From: Glycera tridactyla
Taxonomy: Eukaryota
Assembly: GCA_965644265.1 (NCBI GenBank)
Contig: OZ286474.1
Span: 59,892,001-59,956,000 of the forward strand
Reading direction: 5' to 3'
Length of the DNA: 64,000 bases
Part shown: positions 1-12,109 of the stretch, in pieces
Numbering within the stretch: the stretch's first letter is position 1
How the letters are laid out: each line of letters opens with the position of its first letter
Made by a program: the position numbers and the translations under genes
The notes under the pieces: model-generated
What the model saw: only the letters and a program-made list of their open reading frames with translations
What the model was told of the DNA's origin: nothing
Databases searched by the model: none

Positions 1-242
1 GTTTTTCCGCTGATATAGGATGAGTCTCGGTAATGGGGTATCAATTCTCCCCCTCTCCGTGCTCCCTTATCTCACTTTCTCTATCTTTCTTTCTGCCTGC
101 CTGCCGGTCTGTGTGTCTACCAGTCTGTCAGTGTGTGTATGTGTATGTGTGAGAGAGAATTTGCTCGATCGGTAGGTTATAATGATATGGGTTCATATGA
201 AGTTCCTCTTTACGGTACATACCAAAGAGAAAGTGAAATGAT

Positions 243-2228
243 ATGAAAATCAAAGACATTTCAGACAGAAGAGCCATTATCGCAACAAAGCGCAACAATG
301 ACCAACCCAGCGAGTATAACCGTGAGATGAAAACGGAAGCCTTTCGACTTAAGAATAAGCTAAAACGTAAATTAAAAAAAGGGTACATATCTGATTGCCT
401 CACGAGAGCAGGCTCTGATCCAAAACAAATCTGGAAGGAGATCAAACGCTTTTGGCCCTTATCAAGGAAAATCCCTGTCACACCCACCCTCCCAGATGGT
501 GACTCTGCACCTGATGCCGCCTTTATCGCTGATCAGGTCAACATATACTTTAGCGAAATCGGGGCCAATCTGGCGAAAGATATTGATGATCGAAATGTCT
601 GTACCTCACAAGCGGAACTCACTGACTGTGATACAGGATTGGATCATCACTCATCATATGATAAATTCAGTCTAAAATCTGTAAATGTCACGGAAGTACA
701 GAATTGTATACTATCACTCAGTAATTCACCAGCCGCTGGGTCTGATGAGATCACAAGCTATTTTCTAAAAGTTTCTTTGCAGGTCGTGGGACCTATTCTT
801 ACTAATATATTTAACAAATCTATCTCCCAATCAATGTTTCCATCCCGATGGAAAGAAGCTCTTGTGACGGTAATACACAAAGGGGGACCTTCATATGATT
901 TTGGCAATTTCCGGCCCATATCTTTACTCTCAGTTATTGGTAAACTCATGGAACGCCTGATCCATGACCAGATCACCCTGTATATGAATAAACACGACAT
1001 CTTTAACCCTGCCCAATTCGGGTTCAGGAAGGGGTACTCCACGGGGACGTGCCTTGCCGGCCTCTTGGACGAGATTTATCGGGCAGCCGACGAGGGGCGG
1101 GCTTGTGGGGTCCTCTTCCTGGACCTGAAGAAGGCGTTTGATACAGTAGACCATTATTTGCTTGTCGAACAACTTAAACTACTAGGTTTTGATAGCGGGA
1201 GTGAATCATGGATTACGTCTTATCTGTCCAACAGAAGTCAGGCGACCAAGATAAATCAGAAAATTTCCAGCCGTCGTATTGTCAGCTATGGGGTCCCCCA
1301 GGGATCCATCCTGGGCCCTCTTCTTTTTATCCTCTACACGAACAACATCAGTAATGAGCTAGATTTTACGACTCCATTCCTTTACGCAGACGATACTGCC
1401 CTGTTCACATCGGGCCGAAGCGTGGATGAAATTGAAACCAAATTAAACATGGATCTCCTCACAATATCTCGGTGGTTTGACTCTAGAAAGCTGACTTTGA
1501 ATCTCAATAAATCAAATTGCATGCTGCTTGGCACTGAACAGCGTCTTAGGCAGTGTCGTGCCTTGAACGTGAGATGTGATGATATGCACGTCGCTCAAGT
1601 TGATAAAGTAAAATATCTCGGAATCCAATTGGACCCCACATTGTCCTTCCGTCATCACGTGGACTATTTAATTCGCAAAGTTGACTTCCGAAGACGGGCC
1701 ATCTATTACCTACGTCCTTCCATAGATAAGGAATTGGCACTATACCTATACAAAAGCCTAGTAGACCCGCTCTTCACTTATCTAGACTATATTTACGACG
1801 CCTGCTCTGAAACACTAAGCAACAGACTTCAGGTTGCTCAGAACAAATGTCTAAGCGTCATTAATCAGTCAGGCTGGAATTATTCAGCAAGTGAACTACA
1901 CTCTCAGCTAGGTATAAAATTCTTGAAGGAAACCAGGAGGAATAACACAATACTGGAAGTGTACAAAGCCAATTTTATTATTAATACCAGAGTGTCCCCA
2001 CTAAGCAACCTATTCACAACGTGCTCAACCAGACACCTAGGCCCCCACACCAGGAGTATAACAAATGCAGAGAACTCTAACCTACTTGAGAGACCCAGAT
2101 CCAAACTTCACTTTGCTGACAAAAACTTACGTATAAGGGGGGCTAATTACTGGAATAATTCTGACATCTCGACTAGGCAAGCGGAGTCACTATCGTCCCT
2201 GAAAGCAATCCTTAGAAAGGTTGACTAG
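243..2228 (+). CDS. LINE ORF2 reverse transcriptase (N-terminally truncated, uninterrupted 661 aa)
   Basis: Motifs FRPISLLSVIGKLMERL, QFGFR, LFLDLKKAFDTV, GVPQGSILGPLLF, YADD and YLGIQLD are typical of the non-LTR RT domain. Confidence 0.95.
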   Translation: MKIKDISDRRAIIATKRNNDQPSEYNREMKTEAFRLKNKLKRKLKKGYISDCLTRAGSDPKQIWKEIKRFWPLSRKIPVTPTLPDGDSAPDAAFIADQVNIYFSEIGANLAKDIDDRNVCTSQAELTDCDTGLDHHSSYDKFSLKSVNVTEVQNCILSLSNSPAAGSDEITSYFLKVSLQVVGPILTNIFNKSISQSMFPSRWKEALVTVIHKGGPSYDFGNFRPISLLSVIGKLMERLIHDQITLYMNKHDIFNPAQFGFRKGYSTGTCLAGLLDEIYRAADEGRACGVLFLDLKKAFDTVDHYLLVEQLKLLGFDSGSESWITSYLSNRSQATKINQKISSRRIVSYGVPQGSILGPLLFILYTNNISNELDFTTPFLYADDTALFTSGRSVDEIETKLNMDLLTISRWFDSRKLTLNLNKSNCMLLGTEQRLRQCRALNVRCDDMHVAQVDKVKYLGIQLDPTLSFRHHVDYLIRKVDFRRRAIYYLRPSIDKELALYLYKSLVDPLFTYLDYIYDACSETLSNRLQVAQNKCLSVINQSGWNYSASELHSQLGIKFLKETRRNNTILEVYKANFIINTRVSPLSNLFTTCSTRHLGPHTRSITNAENSNLLERPRSKLHFADKNLRIRGANYWNNSDISTRQAESLSSLKAILRKVD

Positions 2229-2593
2229 AATTTGAATACCTGGACGACCTTTTCACTTAGCTCCATAATAAACTAGACACGATCAGGTGGTCAGAGCACT
2301 AGAGCTCCCAGACGTCCTCTGTGCCAATCATATTAAGTACGCCGTGCACCAGCTGTTAACATGAATGTATTAAAATGAGTGCTGCAGATGATGTAAGTAT
2401 TGATCAGTTTAATGCTCACCAAACTCTATTTAAGTGAGCATTCAGACTTACATATTTGAATTTAACATTATGTGAAACTGTTGTAATATTGATGTACTGG
2501 GCTATTACTCTCTGATTTGTATGTGTTAGCATTTAATACGACCTGTTGAGGTCCCTTGTAATTAAGTATATATTTTATCTAGCACAATAAACA

Positions 2594-2623
2594 ATTCTGT
2601 ATTCTGTATTCTGTATTCTGTAT
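2594..2623 (+). repeat. (ATTCTGT)n 3' tail of the LINE
   Basis: Four exact 7-bp units directly after AATAAA. Short tandem-repeat tails are characteristic of CR1/L2 elements. Confidence 0.85.
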
Positions 2624-2644
2624 CCCCGATGCCAAAGAGTCCAG

Positions 2645-2846
2645 TGCTGATAACTGACAGGGTCTGGTGCTGATGTTGATATCTGGCAGGGGTCTGATGC
2701 TAATATCTGGCAGGGGTCTGATGTTGATATCTGGCAGGGGTCTGATGCTGATATCTGGCAGGGGTCTGATATTGATATCTGGCAGGGTCTGGTGCAGATA
2801 TCTGCAGGGGTCTGGTACTGATATCTGACAAGGGGCTGATGCTAAT
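2645..2846. repeat. 24-bp minisatellite, left block
   Basis: Units of GATGCTGATATCTGGCAGGGGTCT, interrupted at 2847. Confidence 0.9.
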
Positions 2847-3464
2847 ATATACCAAGAATCGCGCGAGCTGCGATTGAATATAAGGGTGTTGAATATAACT
2901 TGTCAGGACCACTGCCGCACAAGCCTACGTCACAATGCGAAGTCACGTGACCACCCATTGTCTTCTCCACTGCTGACTCGTTCCATTCAGCCTGATCGGC
3001 AGGCGGCCAAACTATCCGTAAAGTGATTTGATCAACATTCAACTTTTGATTGAATGTCATGCATTTCGATTCAACACACAAAAAATATATATTGATGGAT
3101 TTCCCGTGATCTGCCCTGCTCAACTTTCAAATCCTTAGCTAATTCTGAGTGAAATTCTGCTTATTTGTTCCTGTTTGTTATATATTGTAATTCCAGTATG
3201 ATTCATACAAGGGATTCATTATGGGATGAATAGCATCAACAAATGGACTGAATTTCACTCAGATGACCTAAGAGCCTTCAAGATTTGTGATAAATCGTGG
3301 TATATAAGCAAGAAATCATGGGGTGATGTCCTGACAAATTATACACCACTCGGAGTGTATTGTCAGTATAATCAACTCGGCCTTCGGCCTCGTGAATAAT
3401 ACTGACAATACACACCTCGTGGAGTATAACTTGTCAGGACAACACCCCATGACTTCTGGCTATA
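2847..3464. mobile_element. Non-autonomous element with a terminal ~165-bp palindrome, inserted in the minisatellite
   Basis: It splits one repeat unit (GCTAAT|ATCTGG). Ends are TATACCAAGAA and TTCTGGCTATA. 3301-3464 is an imperfect inverted repeat centred on GGCC-TTC-GGCC. No coding capacity. Confidence 0.75.
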
Positions 3465-6015
3465 ATCTGGCAGGGGTCTGATGTTGATATCTGGCAGAGG
3501 TCGGATGCTGGGGTCTGATGCTGATATCTGGCAGGGATCTGATGCTGATATCTGGCAGGGGTCTGATGCTGATATCTGGCAGGGGTCTGATGCTGATATC
3601 TGGCAGGGATCTGATGCTGATATCTGGCAGGGGTCTGATGCTGATATCTGGCAGGGGTCTGATGCTGATATCTGGCAGGGGTCTGATGCTGATATCTGGC
3701 AGTGGGCTGATGCTGATATCTGGCAGGGGTCTGGTGCTGATATCTGGCAGGGGTCTGATGCCAATATCTGGCAGGGGTCTGGTGCTAATATCTGGCAGGG
3801 TCTGGTGCTGATATCTGACAGGGGGCTGATGTTGATATCTGGCAGGGTCTGGTGCTAATATCTGGCAGGGTCTGGTGCTGATATCTGACAGGGTCTGATG
3901 CTAATATCTGGCAGTGGGCTGATGCTGATATCTGGCAGGGGTCTGATGTCGATATCTGCCAGTGGACTGGTGTTGATATCTGCCAGTGGACTGGTGTTGA
4001 TATCTGGCAGGGGGCTGATGCTGATATCTGGTAGGGGTCTGATGCTGATATCTGGCAGGGCTCTGTCGCTGATATCGGACAGGTGCCTGATGCTGATATC
4101 TGGCAGGGGTCTGATGTTGATATCTGGCAGGGATCTGATGCTGATATCTGGCAGGGGGCTGATGCTGATATCTGGCAGTGGGCTGATGCTAATATCTGTC
4201 AGTGGTCTGATGCTGATATCTGGCAGTGGTCTGATGCTAATATCTGGCAGGGGTCTGATGCTGATATCTGGCAGGGGTCTGGTGCTGATATCTGGCAGGG
4301 GGCTGATGCTGATGTCTTGTAGAGTTCTGATGCTGATATCTGGCAGGGGTCTGATGCTGATATCTGGCAGTGGGCTGGTGCTGATATCTGGCAGGGGGCT
4401 GATGCTGATATCTGGCAGTGGGCTGATGCTAATATCTGTCAGTGGTCTGATGCTGATATCTGGCAGTGGTCTGATGCTAATATCTGGCAGGGGTCTGATG
4501 CTGATATCTGGCAGGGGTCTGGTGCTGATATCTGGCAGGGGGCTGATGCTGATGTCTTGTAGAGTTCTGATGCTGATATCTGGCAGGGGTCTGATGCTGA
4601 TATCTGGCAGTGGGCTGGTGCTGATATCTGGCAGGGGGCTGATGCTGATATCTGGCAGTGGGCTGATGCTGATATCTGGCAGGGGTCTGATGCTGATATC
4701 TGGCAGGGATCTGATGCTGATATCTGGCAGGGTCTGATGCTGATATCTGGCAGGGGTCTGATGTTGATATCTGGCAGTGGGCTGGTGCTGATATCTGGCA
4801 GGGGGCTGATGCTGATATCTGGCAGTGGGCTGATGCTGATATCTGGCAGGGGTCTGATGCTAATATCTGGCAGGGATCTGATGCTGATATCTGGCAGGGG
4901 GCTGATGCTGATATCTGGCAGTGGGCTGATGCTAATATCTGGCAGTGGTCTGATGCTGATATCTGGCAGTGGTCTGATGCTAATATCTGGCAGGGGTCTG
5001 AGGCTGATATCTGGCAGGGGTCTGGTGCTGATATCTGGCAGGGGTCTGATGCTGATATCTGGCAGGGATCTGATGCTGATATCTGGCAGTGGGCTGATGC
5101 TGATATCTGGCAGGGGTCTGATGTCGATATCTGACAGGGCCTGATTATGATATCTGGCAGTGGGCTGGTGCTGATATCTGGCAGGGGGCTGATGCTGATG
5201 TCTTGTAGGGGTCTGATGCTGATGTCTTGTAGGGGTCTGATGCTGATATCTGGCAGGGGTCTGATGCTGATATCTGGCAGTGGGCTGGTGCTGATATCTG
5301 GCAGGGGGCTGATGCTGATATCTGGCAGTGGGCTGATGCTGATATCTGGCAGGGGTCTGATGCTAATATCTGGCAGGGATCTGATGCTGATATCTGGCAG
5401 GGTCTGATGCTGATATCTGGCAGGGGTCTGATGTTGATATCTGGCAGTGGGCTGGTGCTGATATCTGGCAGGGGGCTGATGCTGATATCTGGCAGTGGGC
5501 TGATGCTGATATCTGGCAGGGGTCTGATGCTAATATCTGGCAGGGATCTGATGCTGATATCTGGCAGGGTCTGATGCTGATATCTGGCAGGGGTCTGATG
5601 TTGATATCTGGCAGTGGGCTGGTGCTGATATCTAGCAGGGGGCTGATGCTGATATCTGGTAGGGGTCTGATGCTGATATCTGGCAGGGCTCTGTCGCTGA
5701 TATCTGACAGGTGCCTGATGCTGATGTCTGGCAGGGGTCTGATGTTGATATCTAGCAGGGATCTGATGTTGATATCTGGCAGGGCTTTGGTGCAGGTATC
5801 TAGCACGAGGTCTGAAGTTGATATTTGACAGGGTCTGGTGCTGATATCTTGCAGGGGTATGATGCTGATATCTGACAGGGGTCTGATAATATCTGGCAGG
5901 GTCTGTGCTGATATCTGGCAGGGGTCTCTGCTAATATCTGGCAGGGGTCTGGTCCTTATGTCGGGCTAGAATTTGATGCTGATATCTGACAGGGTTCTGA
6001 TAATATCTGGCAGGG
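3465..6015. repeat. 24-bp minisatellite, main block (~105 units)
   Basis: Continuous GATGCTGATATCTGGCAGGGGTCT variants. They explain the repetitive ORFs (MLISGRGL, DADIWQGS, SDPCQISA). Confidence 0.97.
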
Positions 6016-6497
6016 ATTCCATCATCAAATCCACTGCATAACAGACCAGACACAGAGTTTCAAGTGTTAAATATGAGTTTTAATTCCTTCAAGTTTACAA
6101 ATCATGATGACAAAACGATACCCGCGTGAGCGAAGCAGAATAGAACAAGTAGATGGATTGATGATGTGATACCAGGCAAAAAACGGAAACTCAGGTGTTG
6201 CCCCCTTAAAAAGACAAAGATATTAATCATAGTGATAATAATGATGAAANNNNNNNNNNNNNNNNNNNNNNNNNNNNNNNNNNNNNNNNNNNNNNNNNNN
6301 NNNNNNNNNNNNNNNNNNNNNNNNNNNNNNNNNNNNNNNNNNNNNNNNNNNNNNNNNNNNNNNNNNNNNNNNNNNNNNNNNNNNNNNNNACCATGATGAT
6401 GATAATAATAATGATAATAATGATGAAAAAAATAATGATGAACAGATGTGAGCTTGAAAACAGGGGTCTTTTTCAATTGTTGTGTCCCCAAACCCAA

Positions 6498-6553
<56 letters not shown>

Positions 6554-9409
6554 AATAATGATGATCATAATAAGAATGAACGATGATGATTATAATAATG
6601 ATAATGATAATAATAATGATGATGATAATAATAATAATAATAAGGATAAGGATAATATCGATAAGATGATAACATGCCTACAGACGCACACATATGCATG
6701 AAAATTATGAGAATTATCCGATTAAGTTAAAGATCGCTTTTACAAAGATAAATGTTGCGGCTACAGATAACCCCGGTCGATAAGGTGATGTTAGAAAATA
6801 TCTAAATCCTTAAGGTACAATAGATTGCGTGGTTTAGCAGCTGATAACATAGGCCAGCTTCACTGAACTCTCATTTCAGACACACCTCTACCTACATTAC
6901 ATAAAAATAATGACTTTCAAACTGTCATCTTATTGACAGCTTCACGAAGATTTGTGCCGTATGCTCGCGGTATGGTGACATATCATCTTAAACATGTGCA
7001 TATTTTTGCAGTGTGGAACACGAAGTCTGACAGGGATGAACCATGCTGTCGGAAAAATCTGGATTGAACGCAATGCAATCTAGTGGCTGTCGATGACAGC
7101 AGATTGCGTTTATTGTGAAGCACTACATAAAAACCCAGGAAAATGAAAGTGCACCCTCCAACATCGTGCTGAGGGATAAAAAGTGACCGTATTGCTACCA
7201 CGGAGTGGGGAATCACAATAATACGAAGGCACAGACTGAATGAAATTCACACAAGCCCACACACACAAATCNNNNNNNNNNNNNNNNNNNNNNNNNNNNN
7301 NNNNNNNNNNNNNNNNNNNNNNNNNNNNNNNNNNNNNNNNNNNNNNNNNNNNNNNNNNNNNNNNNNNNNNNNNNNNNNNNNNNNNNNNNNNNNNNNNNNN
7401 NNNNNNNNNNTCATAACCACTCACTCACACACTCACTCCCAGACACACATACTCACTAAAAACACATAAAACACAGGCCCACGAATGCAAATATATGGGA
7501 TATCGGCCACCGAATGACCAAGCAGTCAGTTTTTTTTCCCGCGGATACGTCAGATGGCATACTAGACCAGTAAGTGTAATCTAGTGGTGTAACGGCAGAA
7601 CCAAGTGATGACGTCTCCCATTGCGATTATTGATTGAAGTTCATCAGCATTTAGCAACCCAGAGGATTATGTATGTCATGTGTTATCCATCTATGGAAGC
7701 TGGCTGATCTGGCCTCATGATGCAGCACTCTCACAAACACTGAACACAAGATGATGAGCAACAATAAAGGTTGTCAAGTGACAGAAGCTGACAGTTCAGA
7801 CATTCAAAAGTAGAGACGAATAAGGGAAATGCCCAGTCAGCATATCCTGCAGCATGGTGAAGTCATGAGATACCAAGCACCAAAGAGACAGTACCTTTTG
7901 CAAAATATCACGCGATAGCATAGGACCTACTACCTTCTTTGTGAGGCGAAAGCAAATGTCAGTTGCCCAAGCGGCAATCATATCTTTTCAATACACGTGC
8001 GCGGAGTATAACAGACTGAAAAAGGTGAAATAAATTATGATCTGCCGTGGAGGTTAATATCAAAATATACAAAAAGACGAAAAGGATAGTGTATTAACAA
8101 ATCAGCAAGTAGACGACAATGGACCCATGCGAGTTCCTTATAGCATCCCAGCCCGATACCTTTCATACAATAACTATACACATGAATGGAATGTGGCGAA
8201 GTATGCAGTCAGAATAATTACATCCACATACTGTCCACCCAACTTCTAGTACCACCTGTCTTCGGCACTTAAAAAAAAGAAAAGAAAAATCACAACTTGC
8301 AAAATTCGGCAATTCACCAGCCTGTGATTTGACATGGGGAGAGAAAGATCTAACGTAGTTGTTTGAAGTTAGGGATCAGTGGATTCACCAACCTGAAGGG
8401 ATATGTTGGTCATAAGTTCCAAGTTTTCGAGAAAAGCATAATGACTTCAGTGAGCATGACTTTCTCAGACCCTGACTACAATGCAATAGGCAGTCTGATG
8501 GCTAAATAATGGAAACGACCAATCTCATTGGGCTTGCTTTTTTAACGTATCACACTTATACCCCACCTATTTCAAAATCATTTAGGGCTATATCACATAG
8601 AGCATGCCAGAGATAACATACAATTCCTCATACACAAAGAGCATATGCAAACCTGCATAGTCTTTCCAATTGTATTTCTTCAGAGAGACAAACAAAAATG
8701 TAAACCACACCCACTTTGAAGGTACCCAATTCGGAATGTCAAGATGGAATGTCATTTCGTTCTGCTGTAATACCCTTGATATCGGGAGATCATCTTTAGG
8801 TACACTCCAAGGCTTTCAAGGCAGGTATGTCTAGGAGGTTTGATTGGGGTTTTGAGAACCGTATCACAAAAATTAAGATATGTTCTATTGATCCAGTGAC
8901 TTTGACCACCGTGAATAGATTATTGCATAATATCTCGCACTGATGACGCCACTTGTTTCAACCATAAAATCACCAACACTGATACTATATATTATTGGAA
9001 GCAGTCCTACATTCTTATTACAGTGGAGTGAACATGTAGAAACATCTTGCTGATCCGGATTAGGTGATACAATAAAAAAAACCATCTAATATATCCAGAT
9101 TCGAGGAAAAAACTCCATTTAGTTTTACTCTTCCTGGCAGGTCATATAAAATCGACAAAAAGAGGTGATACCAAAGAGTTGGGTGGACAATAGATATCAA
9201 TATACCTGTACACTCATTGCGTGCATGCACCTTATCTAATTGCATATTATATACAGATTTTGACATAGAGTGGGCATGCACATACTATATAGCATATTTA
9301 AATACGTCAATGTACAAAGAAGTAAATGCCTCGAACATGCAAGAACACATATGTATGTCAAGGAATACAAGGCATAAATGCACAAATGGCACGCATGTGC
9401 GCCGCTAAT

Positions 9410-10720
9410 TCATCCAAGCAGCTGAATCTAGCAAGCATAATCGTTTGCTCCAAGCATTCTCAAGTTATCGCAGTAACAAGGTCATGACCTGGGAGATGGA
9501 GATCAAGGTCAATTGCCATTTGATAGGCTTCTTTTGCTTTCAATGGTGCATATATGGTGTAAATCTAGCGAATGTTGCTCCAAGCATTCTCATGTTATTG
9601 GAGTAACAAAGTATTTTTAATGTCAAGGTCATGACCTTGAAGGTAAAGGATGAGGTCAACCACATTTGATGGGATTATCCCCATTCATTGGTACATATCT
9701 GGCAGAAATTTGATGGATGTAGCTTGAAGTTTTCAAAGTCAAGGTCATAACCTGAAAGATGAAGATCAAGGTCACTGACATTTGATTGGCTTCTTTTGCT
9801 TTCAGTGCTGCATATATGGTGTAAATCTGGTGAATGTAGCTCCAAGCGTTCTCATGTTATTGGAGTAACAAAATATTTTAATGTCAAGGTCATGACCTTT
9901 AAGTGAAAGTGGAGGTCAACCACATTTGGTGGGATTGTCCCCCATTCATTGGTGCATATCTGGCAAAATTTGATGGATGGAGCTTGAGTTTTCAAAGTCA
10001 AGGTCATGACGTTCAAAATGAAGGTCAAGGTCACAGGCATTTGATAGGCTCTTTCTGCCCCTGCCATTGCTCCTCTCGCTGTCCTAGCCCCCCCCCCCCC
10101 CCAGCCCAGGTGCAATCGATCCTGCTGCAACTGCCACCGCCCCACCCCCACCCCCACCATTTCCCCCCCATCCCATGGCCACTCGCTGCTTCCCCCACCC
10201 CCTGCCCTGCCCTCCACAATATGATTAAGAGATCAGACAGCTCTGCTGATATGTGAAAGGGCTGCACTTGGTGCAAAGACAGTTATGTAACCGAGGACGA
10301 AATGTGACAAGGCTCCATTCATAGGACCGGCAGTGTCATTACATAACAGCCTCGGTAATAGACATCTTATACTCCACTCTTTCCTATTCTGCTGGTAGAA
10401 AGTTGCTTTAAAATTCAGGATTCCAGCCTGAATAACTCATCTTCCATGGAAGTTATTGGAACAATATTGATACCCAGCATTTTGCCGCCCATGATCTTTA
10501 TGATTGCAAAATTTCAGAAATATTGCTTGATTAGTTACAGAGTAGTGGCTCGAAGAAAAACTTTAACCAAAAACTTTAACCAGGAAGTTTACGCCACACG
10601 GCCAAACGGCCGGACGGCCACACGGCCGGACGGCCACACGGCCGGACGGCCGGACGGCCGGACAGACGGAACCTGCGCCATTACATAGACACGCATTTTG
10701 CTCCGCATGCATGCCAAAAA
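9410..10720. mobile_element. Helentron/HINE-like non-autonomous element with internal subrepeats
   Basis: Repeated CAAGGTCATGACC blocks, then AAAACTTTAACC, a (GGCCGGAC)n microsatellite and a short GCAT...ATGC hairpin before an A-run. The 3' end is shared with 25055-25443. Family assignment is inferred from structure. Confidence 0.55.
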
Positions 10721-10748
10721 GGATATGAATCTGTGACTCCTTGACTCC

Positions 10749-10807
<59 letters not shown>

Positions 10808-11540
10808 TTGAACGAATTGTGCTAGGGTGTATATGTGAATGGACATCACGTATAAAAATAGATTAAAAAAGCCTTTCAGCAACACTCAATTTCTGCTCCT
10901 TATTTCATCGAGACAGGTTCCAAGATTCTGAGTTAACTGACTGACATTTTGACATGGTGTATCTCAATAAGGCATATTGTCATATTCAAGTGTTACCACA
11001 ACAACCATACAATCCCATGGCGTCATCAACCATGTCATGTTGACGTCATCACATTGGACATTACGTTTGGAAAGGCACATTACGTGAGTGGCACCCAGGA
11101 AATATTGGCAAATGCTCACGAGCATTCACCTAGTTCCACCCGATGCATACAGATTGCTCGGCATAGCATAACTTCATAAATAATGTAGAGCACAAATTGT
11201 ATAGCATAGCAACGAGAGGAAGGAATGTCCTAGCCACAAGGTGGAGGATATGACGTCGACGNNNNNNNNNNNNNNNNNNNNNNNNNNNNNNNNNNNNNNN
11301 NNNNNNNNNNNNNNNNNNNNNNNNNNNNNNNNNNNNNNNNNNNNNNNNNNNNNNNNNNNNNNNNNNNNNNNNNNNNNNNNNNNNNNNNNNNNNNNNNNNN
11401 NNNNNNNNNNNNNNNNNNNNNNNNNNNNNNNNNNNNNNNNNNNNNNNNNNNNNTTTTTTTGGCTCTCCTAATACCTAAGCATGATGCATTTGGCCCAAGT
11501 GGAGACTCTCTATATGAGTGTAATCTGGAAATGTTATCAT

Positions 11541-11546
11541 TTTATT
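11541..11546 (-). promoter_or_regulatory. Candidate polyadenylation signal of the OAS-like gene
   Basis: AATAAA on the minus strand ~565 nt downstream of the TAG stop at 12110. Confidence 0.35.
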
Positions 11547-12109
11547 GAGAAGTGACTATACTATCAGCATCTCGCGAGAAAACCTGATAATGAGCATGGA
11601 AGCGATACGTTCCGACTGTGGAAACTTTTTCTCCTTGTGTGACATACGGAATTTGTCCTGTAGTCGTAGATGTTCAGTTTGGATGAATGGTCTGAGTACT
11701 CAATCCAGACAATATATTTCCTGAATCATCTGTACAATGTATATCACTTGACTTGTTGAAGTTCAATATATTTGTAATATGTCTCATGCAAAGTTATAGA
11801 GTCTGAAGTAATTTCTGCATGTTGGTGCCATTAATTCTAGGTTGCTTCTCTGTTTGTACCAAATATATGACAAATGTTTAAAGGTTATGACTGAATATCA
11901 TTCATGTGCAAAGTTATACAGACTGAAGTAATTTTTCTACATGTTTTTGACGCCATTTATAGGTTGCTTCTCTATCTGTACCAAATCTATAACATAATGT
12001 CCTCAGGCCATGGCTAGATATCAGTTGAAAGTTTTTAAAAGGCGAAAAGTACATATGAAGTGTAGATGAAAATGTTAGGCATCAGTATGTTCATAATCTT
12101 GAGAGATTG

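Larger units (their letters stand above)
150..2623 (+). mobile_element. 5'-truncated non-LTR retrotransposon (CR1/L2-group LINE)
   Basis: RT ORF followed by an ~390 bp 3' UTR, AATAAA at 2586-2591 and an (ATTCTGT)4 tail. No ORF1 or endonuclease domain upstream (in-frame TGA at 234-236). The 5' boundary is approximate. Confidence 0.9.

Noticed and set aside
128-487. 119-aa minus-strand ORF
   Set aside because: Antisense shadow of the LINE ORF, ending in a (TG)n microsatellite. No recognisable motif.
3372-5828. Repetitive ORFs (MLISGRGL, DADIWQGS, SDPCQISA) and possible CRISPR-like array
   Set aside because: These are translations of a 24-bp minisatellite with 1-nt indels switching frames. Units are contiguous with no unique spacers and there are no cas genes.
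6393-6701. Poly-M/I/D/N/H ORFs (also 17894-18418, 25335-26040, 40983-41307, 42862-43461, 46399-47103)
   Set aside because: Translations of (GAT)n, (AAT)n, (CAGA)n and (GGCT)n microsatellites, often next to N-gaps.
8100-9060. Possible decayed LINE endonuclease/RT fragments (also ~59400-59700 and ~61700-61900)
   Set aside because: Only isolated motif-like words (GDF, KYNW, GGGV) amid stops. Not supportable without a profile search.
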